This document shows, one piece after another, positions 55,970-64,000 of a DNA stretch of 64,000 nucleotides. How positions within the stretch are numbered: the first letter of the stretch is position 1; each line of letters opens with the position of its first letter. A program made the position numbers and the translations under genes. The notes beneath the pieces were generated by a model that saw only the letters and a list, made by a program, of their open reading frames with translations, was not told the origin of the DNA and did no database searches. The DNA comes from Deinococcales bacterium (GTDB lineage: Bacteria; Deinococcota; Deinococci; Deinococcales; JAAFIG01): positions 4,842 to 68,841 of the forward strand of contig JAYWGM010000092.1 of assembly GCA_043778225.1 (NCBI GenBank), in the 5' to 3' direction.

Positions 55970-56896
55970 ATGGTCATTACAAGAAATCTTCATACCCAAA
56001 AAGCTGAAATTTTGCGCTATTTGCGAGACCGCGCCTCAGAAGCTTATGGCGAAATTGTGGTGGTTTATGGCGAGCGTGACTTCAAAAAAAGAGGCACAGC
56101 GATCAATCAAGCAATTGCAAAAACCATTTCAAATTTGAAGACCATTATTGTGCAACGGGCTGCAAGTCAAAATTGGAATCAAGAAGAGAAGTTAAAAAAT
56201 ATTCTTATTGTGACTTACTGTTCTTATGTTGTGATGATTGAATTTAGAAATATGGTTTGGGCATACGAATATATGGCTTTTTCTCGAAGAATTGGCGAAT
56301 TGTGGGATCCTTTTTGTAGACTTTGTTTTGATTATCCTGTACGCAGCGATATTGAACTTTATGAACCACCACTTTTTTCAGAAGTCAAAGAACAACTTCA
56401 AAATGAAATTCGGATTTATATTGCGAATCTTTATTTGACTCAAGAAGAAAAAAGTAGGCTTGTTTCTTACTATGATAAGGTTTGGAGCTTGGTGACTTCT
56501 GGCGAGATTCAGTTGGAACTTGACCTCCATTTTCGTATTGGAGATATTAATTTCAATGTTGATTTTAAGAGTGGGTTTCAATCAAATGAAAAAGGAAATA
56601 CAAATCGCCTACTTTTGGTGGCTTCAATTTATAAAAATATATTGAGTTCAAATAATGAGTGTCTTTTGCTTGTTCGAGCCAATGAAGATGAGAACAATAA
56701 TTATTTGCAAACACTCAAGAACTCGGGTATTTGGAGTGTCTATTGTGGTGCGCAAGCCTACGAGAAAATTTATCAGTACAGTGGTTTTGATTTGGCTGAT
56801 TGGATACAAAATAATGTTTCTTGGATAACAGATTTTCTGCCTGAAACACATCAATATCTCGAGCAAAATGACCTAGCGAAGTATTTAATATGGTAG
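55880..56896 (+). CDS. putative type II restriction endonuclease (start uncertain)
   Basis: 338-aa AT-rich ORF overlapping the MTase start by 7 nt, with a weak PD-(D/E)xK-like 'ELDLHF..GDINFNVDFK'. The call rests mainly on context. Because the 71-nt repeat period shifts the frame, an alternative ATG at 55970 is possible. Confidence 0.4.
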   Translation: MDWDYITQEDLAATPTFGVNNASLWIGIISMVITRNLHTQKAEILRYLRDRASEAYGEIVVVYGERDFKKRGTAINQAIAKTISNLKTIIVQRAASQNWNQEEKLKNILIVTYCSYVVMIEFRNMVWAYEYMAFSRRIGELWDPFCRLCFDYPVRSDIELYEPPLFSEVKEQLQNEIRIYIANLYLTQEEKSRLVSYYDKVWSLVTSGEIQLELDLHFRIGDINFNVDFKSGFQSNEKGNTNRLLLVASIYKNILSSNNECLLLVRANEDENNNYLQTLKNSGIWSVYCGAQAYEKIYQYSGFDLADWIQNNVSWITDFLPETHQYLEQNDLAKYLIW

Positions 56897-58395
56897 GGAC
56901 AGTCTCGAGAAAACGAAATGAGTTTCAGGCATTTTATACAAACTGCAATGATATTACTTCTTACATGGTTGGGTTATTGGACTGTCAAGCGGGAATGTCA
57001 ATTTTAGAGCCATGCGCTGGAGATGGGGCGATTATAGACGAATTGCTTAAGCAAAATTCTCGAGCGCAAATTTCTGCTTTTGAAATGAACAACCAAAGTG
57101 TAAGCAATCTTAAAAGAAAATATCGAATGGTCAACACAGTTCAAATTACTGGGGTCGATTTTACGCAATATCATTCGCAAAACACTTATGACAGAATTAT
57201 TGCCAATCCTCCATATGGTGCTTATCAAACCCTTGAAAAACGGGCAGAACTCAAAAATGAGTATCCAGATTTATATGCCAAAGAAACTTACGGAATCTTT
57301 TTGGCAAAAGCCATAGAAATGCTTTTGCCAAAAGGACGTTTAGTATTTATCGTTCCAGATACTTTTTTGACACTGCATATGCACCAAGGATTAAGAAAAA
57401 AACTACTTCTCGAGTGCAAAATTGAGTCTATTACACTATTCCCATCGCATTTTTTCCCCAGTGTTCATTTTGGCTATGCAGGACTTTGTATTATTTCGGC
57501 TTGCAAAGATGTGGCACATGAATGTGATTTTCCTGTTTATAAAGGTTTGACAAGTACCCAAGACCTCAAAATCTTACTGACACCACAAAAAGTCAGTTTT
57601 GAGATTTGTCAGCTTTCCTACAGGCAAATAAAAACGAATCCTGCCCATTCTTTTTATCTATCTAATGATTTACAGATTCAAACTTTGCTCGAACAAGGTT
57701 TACCGACGCTCGAAAATATCTGTGATGTTGTGACCGGATTTTATTCTGGAAACGATGCAATATATCTTAGGAGAGCCGAAAAAGTGAAACGTGGAGTTCA
57801 TAAATATAAAACTATTGAACTTGATTTGATTTATCAAGAACCCACGCCTTCGCTTGAGGGAATTGAAGCAGCAAACTATTGGATACCTATTGTTAAAGGT
57901 GGTAACAGGCGTTTCTATAAACCGTCTGAATGGTTTATGGACTGGAGTAAAAACGCGATTCACGACTATAAAGTGGTCAATAAGAAGAAAGCTAGATTTC
58001 AAAATTCGCAATTTTATTTTCGACAAGGAATTGCCGTACCAATGGTTTCGTCGAGTGCAATAACGGCGGCACTCATCAACAATAGATTATTTGACCAATC
58101 AATTGTTGGAATTTTCCCAAAAGAGGATTACCAGTTTTTACTGATGTATCTGCTTGGATTTTTTAACTCGAGTATCTGTAATCGTTTTATCCGAATCATT
58201 AACGCAAGCACCAATAACTCATCAAACTATATCAAAAAAATCCCATTTTTGATGCCCAATAAAGATCAAATTGATACTGTTTCTAGCTTAGTAGTTGGGC
58301 TGTGTGAACTTGCAAATTACAGAGAAATTAAGGCATCTGATTTACACACTCTGGATACAGTTTTTGAACAAATTTATCAACTCAAGAGCATCTAA
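56890..58395 (+). CDS. N6-adenine DNA methyltransferase, gamma class (TaqI/Eco57I-like)
   Basis: Motif I 'ILEPCAGDGAII', motif IV 'IIANPPYG', then 'YGIFLAKAIEMLLPKGRLVFIVPDTFL'. The C-terminal target-recognition region is unassigned. Confidence 0.85.
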   Translation: MVGTVSRKRNEFQAFYTNCNDITSYMVGLLDCQAGMSILEPCAGDGAIIDELLKQNSRAQISAFEMNNQSVSNLKRKYRMVNTVQITGVDFTQYHSQNTYDRIIANPPYGAYQTLEKRAELKNEYPDLYAKETYGIFLAKAIEMLLPKGRLVFIVPDTFLTLHMHQGLRKKLLLECKIESITLFPSHFFPSVHFGYAGLCIISACKDVAHECDFPVYKGLTSTQDLKILLTPQKVSFEICQLSYRQIKTNPAHSFYLSNDLQIQTLLEQGLPTLENICDVVTGFYSGNDAIYLRRAEKVKRGVHKYKTIELDLIYQEPTPSLEGIEAANYWIPIVKGGNRRFYKPSEWFMDWSKNAIHDYKVVNKKKARFQNSQFYFRQGIAVPMVSSSAITAALINNRLFDQSIVGIFPKEDYQFLLMYLLGFFNSSICNRFIRIINASTNNSSNYIKKIPFLMPNKDQIDTVSSLVVGLCELANYREIKASDLHTLDTVFEQIYQLKSI

Positions 58396-58474
58396 ATGCT
58401 TACTGAACTATGCACCACAAGTCAATTTTGTAGTGCATGCAAACTCAAGGATTGTGATTTCTCGAGCCGAACTT

Positions 58475-60394
58475 TTACAGGTGCTGCTCGAGCCAACCTA
58501 AATACTCTTTTAACCTAAAGACCCGCCTATCTGGTCTGCCACTTCTCGAGAGTTCGTGGTTCTCGGCTGGAAAACGCACCAAACGGGTTGGTACACCTAA
58601 ATTCTTGAGCGCCACAAACCACTGCTCGGCTTGCTCGATTGGGCAACGGTGGTCCTCCTCTGAATGCACAATTAAACATGGTGTCTTGACATTTTTAATG
58701 TGTTTAAGCGGCGATTTTTCCCAGAGCCGATCAAAATCTTCTGGGACTTTGCCGCGCAATTCTCGAGGCACAAAGCGGTAGCCAATGTCAGATGTGCCGT
58801 TAAACGAGACCCAATTGCAAATGCTGCGGTCGGTAATTGCTGCCTTAAAGCGTTGGCTGTGTGAAATTGCCCAGTTGACCATTAAGCCGCCGTAGCTTCC
58901 ACCAACAATCGCAATGCGTTTTGGGTCTAAATAAGTATGTTGATCTAAACAAGTGTCTAAAAACGCCATCAGGTCAGCATAGTCGCCGTTTAGGTAATCG
59001 CCACCAATTCCAGCCGTTTGGGCATCGCCGTAGCCCGTGCTGCCGCGAATGTTGCAAAATGCGACCGCATAGCCAGCCGCCGCGAGGGTCTGAAATTCGT
59101 TCATGTAGGCATAGCCCCAAGCCGTGGCAGGTCCGCCGTGGACATTTAAGACCATCGGGTACTTTTTGCCGCGTTTTTTCTCGAGTGGGTGCAGCAGCCA
59201 ACCTTCTATGGTGTAACCTTCGCGGATAAAGCGAAGATGCTCGAGGTCGCGTCCGGCGGCACTTTTGTTAAAATCCGAAAGCTGTTTACCGACAAAATGC
59301 AGTTCGCAAGGGTGGGCATGATGCTCGAGTAAATAGGCAATTCGACCATCTTTGGTGGCAGCAAAGGCTGGAACGCTTGAGGATTGCGGCTCGATTCGGG
59401 TTTTGAGCTTGCCATCCAAGGTCAGTTCATAAACGCCACTGCTGCCGCCTTTTTGGGCTAAGGTCAGAATTGTTTGGTCGTCGAGCCAGATTGGCGTAAG
59501 CGGGTAATTGCCAAGGTGCGAATCGGAATTGACGGTTTGTCCAATCCAGAGGTCGTGTTCTGCGCCAATTGGCTCGAGTTGAGATTTACTCTCGAGTTTG
59601 CCGACGTACAAATGCAGGTCGCCCGGCTGATCGGCAAAATCTGGGTCGGCAACCACGGCATAACGTAAGCCATCTGGCGAGACCGCAATTTGCCCAATAA
59701 AGCCACGAAAATCGGTCAAGCGCCGTGGTTTTTTCTTACCGAGCAACAACAAAAAGACTTCAGTTTGCCACTGCTGGGCTGCCTCGAGATTGCGGGCTGC
59801 CACAAAAACCAGTCCCCAACCATCGGGAAGCCAAGCAAAACTTTCGATGTCGGTGCTGTGGCTCGAGATGACCTCGAGTTTTTGAGTCTCGAGGTCAAGC
59901 ACATACAGCGCTAAGGGTTCGGTTGGCAGGAAACCGATATTGGGTATCCCATTGGATTTATAACGCAGATGCTCGACCACCCGAGGCAGCCCGTCTTCTT
60001 GGGCGGTGTCTGTCCAATCGCCACGCGATAAAAAAGCCACCCGAGTCCCATCGCTCGAGAATTGCGGATTTGCAACACCAGATTTGAGGTCGGTCAGTTT
60101 GCGAGGTTCGCCGCCGGTCATTGAAACTGTAAATAGTTGTGGTTTTTTATCCACGACTCGAGTAAAAATAAGCGCCGTGCCATCTGGAGAAAATCTGGGC
60201 TGGCTGTCTTTGTGTTCGCCAGACGTAAAGCGCTGTACGGCTTGGTCGTGGCTCGAGACAAAAATCCCCGAGGTATAGGATTTTTTATCGCTTGCCACTT
60301 CGGTCATCACACAAGCCACATACTGCCCATCGGCGGATACAATTGGTTCGGAGGCAATTTTTAAGCCATACAAAGATTCGGCAATTTGAGTCAT
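58475..60394 (-). CDS. S9-family serine peptidase (acylaminoacyl/prolyl oligopeptidase-like)
   Basis: Beta-propeller N-domain, 'IVGGSYGGLM' (GxSxGG nucleophile elbow) and 'HSEEDHRCP'. ATG 60394 is preferred to 60466. Confidence 0.85.
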   Translation of the reverse strand: MTQIAESLYGLKIASEPIVSADGQYVACVMTEVASDKKSYTSGIFVSSHDQAVQRFTSGEHKDSQPRFSPDGTALIFTRVVDKKPQLFTVSMTGGEPRKLTDLKSGVANPQFSSDGTRVAFLSRGDWTDTAQEDGLPRVVEHLRYKSNGIPNIGFLPTEPLALYVLDLETQKLEVISSHSTDIESFAWLPDGWGLVFVAARNLEAAQQWQTEVFLLLLGKKKPRRLTDFRGFIGQIAVSPDGLRYAVVADPDFADQPGDLHLYVGKLESKSQLEPIGAEHDLWIGQTVNSDSHLGNYPLTPIWLDDQTILTLAQKGGSSGVYELTLDGKLKTRIEPQSSSVPAFAATKDGRIAYLLEHHAHPCELHFVGKQLSDFNKSAAGRDLEHLRFIREGYTIEGWLLHPLEKKRGKKYPMVLNVHGGPATAWGYAYMNEFQTLAAAGYAVAFCNIRGSTGYGDAQTAGIGGDYLNGDYADLMAFLDTCLDQHTYLDPKRIAIVGGSYGGLMVNWAISHSQRFKAAITDRSICNWVSFNGTSDIGYRFVPRELRGKVPEDFDRLWEKSPLKHIKNVKTPCLIVHSEEDHRCPIEQAEQWFVALKNLGVPTRLVRFPAENHELSRSGRPDRRVFRLKEYLGWLEQHL

Positions 60395-60776
60395 GCCCAA
60401 TAGCATACCGCGTGGTAGGCTTGAAGACGTGCATCTCGACCCAATTTCGGCGGTCTGGCTGGTCATCAGTAACCAAATAGCGGCTGATGAGCGGATTACT
60501 TTGCAATCTGGAGAAGAAAAATACGCCCTAATTTTTACTGATTTGGCTGTAGCTCATGAGTTTATGCGCGATATGCAAGACCCAAATTTATTCCTTGAGC
60601 GGCTCGAGAACTGGGTTTTTAAGGAAACTTTTTTAACCACCCTGAGGCTTTTATCGGTCACTCGAGTGATGTTTGATTATGCCCAAGGTCAGCACAACGC
60701 ACTTTCCGCGCCGCTTGACTTGTTGCAGGCGCACTGCAAAGCCCAAATTGGCACACGCCCTCGAGCCGAAGCCTGA
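60393..60776 (+). CDS. hypothetical protein (start uncertain; GTG 60429 possible)
   Basis: 127-aa ORF divergent from the peptidase gene. 'YALIFTDLAVAHEFM' is faintly SseB-like, which is not enough for a call. Confidence 0.35.
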   Translation: MPNSIPRGRLEDVHLDPISAVWLVISNQIAADERITLQSGEEKYALIFTDLAVAHEFMRDMQDPNLFLERLENWVFKETFLTTLRLLSVTRVMFDYAQGQHNALSAPLDLLQAHCKAQIGTRPRAEA

Positions 60777-60778
60777 AT

Positions 60779-61513
60779 TTATAGCTTGACTGCGCCAACC
60801 CCAAGAACTTCAGTTGGGGTGCTTGAACCGCCAGTTGGCTCGAGTGAAATAGCCACCGCTACGGCATTGGCTGGAATACTGGTGTCAAGGCTTTGGCTAA
60901 AAGTCTCGAGCGGACGCGGGGCGCTTTCGCCTTTGGCGATAAACCAGGCTTGGTAGGTTTTGCCCGTTTGTGGAGTCGGTAACTTTAAGGCAATCACCAA
61001 TTTGCCTTCTGGGGTCAAAAAAGCCTGCCCGATGGGTGTGTTTTGATTGGAAGCCAATTTAACCAAGCTGCTCTGCGATAGGATTGAAATTCGAGCTTGA
61101 CTTTGAGTGCTGATTTGATTGACTTGGCTGGACAGCGCACTGACTTGGCTCTCGAGTTGTAGGCTGCGCCAACCAAAAAAAGCCGCTATGGCAAGGGCTG
61201 CCACAGGAAATGCCACGGCTCGAGTCCAGAATGTGGCGGAGCGCGATTGTGGGAGTTGGCGCGTTTTGATTGTTGGGGCTGGGCGCACGTTTGGCTGACG
61301 GATGCGCTCGAGAATTTTTGCCTCGAGGTTATTTGGTACATTGTGTTGCGGTACATCCAAGGCAAAAAGGCTTAAACTTTTTTGCCAAGCTGCCAATTCC
61401 AACGCCAACGCAGGAGATGCAATCACAGCCTCTTGTACTTGCCAAGCCAAGTCTGGCTCGAGTGTACCGAGTGCATATTGAATCAGGGTGTCGGGGTCGG
61501 GAATCGCTTTCAT
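60779..61513 (-). CDS. anti-sigma factor, RskA-like
   Basis: N-terminal anti-sigma helix region, one TM helix ('AVAFPVAALAIAAFFGW') and a C-terminal 'KTYQAWFI...ISLEPTGGSSTPT' RskA domain. Confidence 0.75.
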   Translation of the reverse strand: MKAIPDPDTLIQYALGTLEPDLAWQVQEAVIASPALALELAAWQKSLSLFALDVPQHNVPNNLEAKILERIRQPNVRPAPTIKTRQLPQSRSATFWTRAVAFPVAALAIAAFFGWRSLQLESQVSALSSQVNQISTQSQARISILSQSSLVKLASNQNTPIGQAFLTPEGKLVIALKLPTPQTGKTYQAWFIAKGESAPRPLETFSQSLDTSIPANAVAVAISLEPTGGSSTPTEVLGVGAVKL

Positions 61514-61603
61514 ACTTATAAATACGCAAGCAGTATAACATTCAGATGACGCTCAGCCGACACACAGCAACATCCAACCCCAAACTTGATAACGTATACT
61601 TTA

Positions 61604-62155
61604 ATGATGCTTCTCGAGTCGAACACCTCAACAGATGAATTCTTGCTGTTTAGCATTGCTGCTGCCCAAGAACAAGCGCTGCTCGAGTTGTACCAGCGCT
61701 ATTGCAAAGCGGTGCATAGCCTTGCCAAACGAATGCTGCGTACCGATGAGGATGCCGAAGAAGTGACCCAAGATGTGTTTGTCAAAATCTGGGCAAAAGC
61801 CCTCGAGTATTCGCCACAAAAAGGCAAAGTCAGCACTTGGGTTTTAACGATTGCTCACCACAGCGCGATAGATGCACTGCGGCGGCGCAATTCTCGAGCC
61901 ACGCTACCGATGTTTGAAGACGAACTTGAACACACCCCAGACATCCGCGAAACCCGTGACCCACTCGAGGTCAGCGCCATGCAGACCGCGATGCAAAAAC
62001 TCGAGCGAGAAGAAAAACACTGTATCGAATTGGCATATTTTGAAGGTCTAAGCCATGCCCAACTGGCAGCCAGACTCGAGATGCCGCTTGGGACGGTCAA
62101 AACCCGAATCCGAACTGGATTACAAAAACTGCGCGACGTGCTTGGCGATTGGTGA
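61604..62155 (+). CDS. ECF (sigma-70 family) RNA polymerase sigma factor
   Basis: Region 2 'DAEEVTQDVFVKIW' and region 4 'IELAYFEGLSHAQLAARLEMPLGTVKTRIRTGLQKL'. TATACT (61595-61600) lies 3-6 nt before the ATGATG. Confidence 0.85.
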   Translation: MMLLESNTSTDEFLLFSIAAAQEQALLELYQRYCKAVHSLAKRMLRTDEDAEEVTQDVFVKIWAKALEYSPQKGKVSTWVLTIAHHSAIDALRRRNSRATLPMFEDELEHTPDIRETRDPLEVSAMQTAMQKLEREEKHCIELAYFEGLSHAQLAARLEMPLGTVKTRIRTGLQKLRDVLGDW

Positions 62156-62170
62156 TTTAGTGTAAGTGTC

Positions 62171-62208
62171 GGTTAATCTCGAGAATTTAGTTATCCTCGA
62201 GATTAACC
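62171..62208. terminator. bidirectional hairpin between convergent genes
   Basis: GGTTAATCTCGAG / CTCGAGATTAACC forms a 13-bp perfect stem with a 12-nt loop. Each arm ends in CTCGAG. Confidence 0.6.
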
Positions 62209-62214
62209 AGCAAG

Positions 62215-62706
62215 CTAACGGGTAAACACATAGTCGTTCTCGGCTGTTTTTGTATGGCACTGGTTACATTTGGCAATTGCGCCTCGAGTTTGTGCGCCGT
62301 TTGCCTCAAGCGCAATTTTTCCAGTGGTTACATCCAACACAAACCATTCCCAGCCACCGCCGTCTGGATTAAAGCCAGCCCCACGTTTGACCATAGCAGT
62401 TGCACCGAGTAGCGTATTGCTTTTATCGGTGTACTGCTTGACCAGTGTTGTGCCGATTGGGAATTTGCCGTTGTCGGTGCGGTCAGCGTTGTTTTTAATA
62501 TAGATGGTGCGGGTCGTGTTTGGGTTATCTGACAAATGCGCTCCTTGGGTTAAGTCCGAATTCCCACTGACTTTATCAACCAAAGTCCATTTGCTGAAAT
62601 TGCTAAAATCTTCGTTTTGGGCAATATATCCAGCCCCAGATTTAGGCATACAAGCCACCGCAACCAGACCAATAACTGTCAGCACCAACATTTGCGTACT
62701 TTTCAT
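62215..62706 (-). CDS. cytochrome P460-family lipoprotein
   Basis: Lipobox 'LVAVAC' and a C-terminal heme motif 'CNQCHTKTAENDYVFT', as in the cytochrome P460 family. Confidence 0.6.
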   Translation of the reverse strand: MKSTQMLVLTVIGLVAVACMPKSGAGYIAQNEDFSNFSKWTLVDKVSGNSDLTQGAHLSDNPNTTRTIYIKNNADRTDNGKFPIGTTLVKQYTDKSNTLLGATAMVKRGAGFNPDGGGWEWFVLDVTTGKIALEANGAQTRGAIAKCNQCHTKTAENDYVFTR

Positions 62707-62875
62707 AATGACCTCCGAGTTTTTGAATCAATAAACATACGCAAAAAGTAGATTAAGAGTTCAGTTTTATGAGCTATGTCTCATGAATGGTTGTGTAAGC
62801 TCCTGCCATGCTCAGTGAAGACGAGAAAAAACAGATTCGACTCGAGTAGGAAATCCAAGCGAACAACTTTTGATA

Positions 62876-63952
62876 TTACGGCGAGATTTCGCGTTTACTC
62901 GAGGTAAAACTGAGTTTAGGATTGATTTTCTTAGCAATCCAAATGCCAACCCAAATTAGTCCAGTCAGCACAAAAACCAGTAAATAATCTATGGCGGGAA
63001 TCCGAATGATTTCGTTGAGTTTGCCCCAGCCTCGGATTGAATAAACATAGACCACTGCCGCGCAGTAGATTCCAAGAATCAGCCAGCGCGACCACTGTGG
63101 AATTTTAAGCCCATACAACTGCGTGACCACCAAAATACCAGCAAAGCCAAAAGCAAACATTGCCCAGATACCATTGCCTTGGGCAACCGCCACCAATGTG
63201 CCATGGATCAAGACGCTAAACTCGAGCGAAAATGTCCACCAGCGATTAACGTGCGCTCTGGTAAAGAACAAACTGCCTTGGAGCAGCAACAAAAACATAT
63301 AAATAAAGCCAATTAGATGCCCCGGTGTGCTGACCATTGGGTGATACCAAAAGGTATAAATCGTTGCCCAGGAAAAAAAGTAGCCGTGATGTTTTTTAAG
63401 AAAATCGATTACTTCGCTGTTTAAGGGGGCTTTTTTTCCAAAGAACATCCCTCGGCGTTTATTTTCCATAATCAGCACCATCACCAACAACAAAATCACG
63501 CTGCCTTGGCTCGAGAAAATGCTGACATCTTGGGCAAGTCCATCGTAAAAAAGGTGGGATTGCAATAAGTGCAGGCTAATAAATAGAGCATTAAAGCCCA
63601 GCGCCACAATGTTGATGCGGTGCAAACTGTTGGAATAGGTCTTGACCTTATTTTGGGCATACCAAATCGTCCACCAAATCGAGACTTGATGCAAAATATA
63701 CAAGCCCCAAACCGAGGCTCGAGTCCAAAAAGTCGGTTCGGTCAATTTCCAATAATAATGGTCTGCGCCTGTGTCTGGTGCTAGGTCAGTGCGGTTCAGG
63801 CGGTCGCCAAGAAACCAAATCAGGGCGGTAAATAAGAGGCTAAACAGAATCCCGCCCCATAAGGCGGTACTGCTCGAGGGCGGTTTTGGTTCAGATATTT
63901 TTGGTAATGCACTTTGCATCGGCTCATCCTGCGCCTTGGGGCGTAAAATCAA
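62876..63952 (-). CDS. polytopic membrane protein, unknown function
   Basis: 358 aa with about 9 TM helices. An alternative ATG lies at 63919. Confidence 0.5.
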   Translation of the reverse strand: MILRPKAQDEPMQSALPKISEPKPPSSSTALWGGILFSLLFTALIWFLGDRLNRTDLAPDTGADHYYWKLTEPTFWTRASVWGLYILHQVSIWWTIWYAQNKVKTYSNSLHRINIVALGFNALFISLHLLQSHLFYDGLAQDVSIFSSQGSVILLLVMVLIMENKRRGMFFGKKAPLNSEVIDFLKKHHGYFFSWATIYTFWYHPMVSTPGHLIGFIYMFLLLLQGSLFFTRAHVNRWWTFSLEFSVLIHGTLVAVAQGNGIWAMFAFGFAGILVVTQLYGLKIPQWSRWLILGIYCAAVVYVYSIRGWGKLNEIIRIPAIDYLLVFVLTGLIWVGIWIAKKINPKLSFTSSKREISP

Positions 63953-64000
63953 CGGGTGATAGCTTACAATTGAATTTCTTTTGGGCGAAAAATCGGCAAG

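Larger units (their letters stand above)
55785..58474. mobile_element. AT-rich ~2.7-kb restriction-modification islet inserted at the 3' end of the peptidase gene
   Basis: Bounded by the 76-bp direct repeats. Sampled 60-nt lines give ~37-38% G+C, versus >50% in the flanks. It has only 5 CTCGAG copies and carries two overlapping genes (REase-like and N6A MTase). There is no integrase. Confidence 0.7.

Noticed and set aside
56890-58395. The islet methyltransferase as the enzyme that recognises CTCGAG and explains the genome-wide enrichment.
   Set aside because: Specificity cannot be read from the sequence. The islet looks recently acquired (AT-rich and CTCGAG-poor), while the enrichment is pervasive and evidently old. 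A cognate restriction enzyme would normally drive site avoidance, not excess.
60779-62155. The divergent ECF sigma / RskA-like anti-sigma arrangement as something unusual.
   Set aside because: Both proteins are ordinary family members. The divergent orientation is uncommon, but it is not in itself evidence of a new system.

Overview
64-kb chromosomal segment, mid G+C by eye, with about 75 supportable CDSs and no rRNA, tRNA, CRISPR array, transposase or integrase. The lineage looks Deinococcus-Thermus-like. The rpsF-ssb-rpsR-rplI operon encodes a 297-aa SSB with two OB folds in one chain, and many genes have a TAGACT/TATAAT-type -10 box only 5-8 nt before the ATG (leaderless).

Core content:
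- ribosomal protein operon, ftsY, tsaE-birA, pyrE, sucCD, dus, a DEAD-box helicase, trxA
- a form-II CODH/xanthine-dehydrogenase-family cluster (coxG-S-L-M plus a second large subunit)
- an alanine:cation symporter, an S41 and an S9 peptidase, and an ECF sigma/anti-sigma pair

Accessory content:
- three toxin-antitoxin pairs
- a LAGLIDADG intein splitting the catalytic loop of guaB
- directly downstream, a lasso-peptide gene cluster (B2, B1/RRE, cyclase, 54-aa precursor) with unusual tailoring genes: an RRE-fused TylF-type methyltransferase, a GT-B-like protein and an HPr-kinase-like kinase
- a 2.7-kb AT-rich restriction-modification islet flanked by a 76-bp duplication of the 3' end of the peptidase gene

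The most striking signal is not a gene. The palindrome CTCGAG occurs about 400 times by my manual count (about 1 per 160 bp, against roughly 16 expected). It appears in all codon phases and in intergenic hairpins, much like cyanobacterial HIP1 but with a different word.

A second unexplained family is the GGTNAAAAGG-rich hairpins after three cox-cluster genes. One of these carries a '23S rRNA intervening sequence'-type four-helix-bundle gene in its loop.

All coordinates and counts come from manual reading. Family assignments rest on motif recognition, not on database searches.
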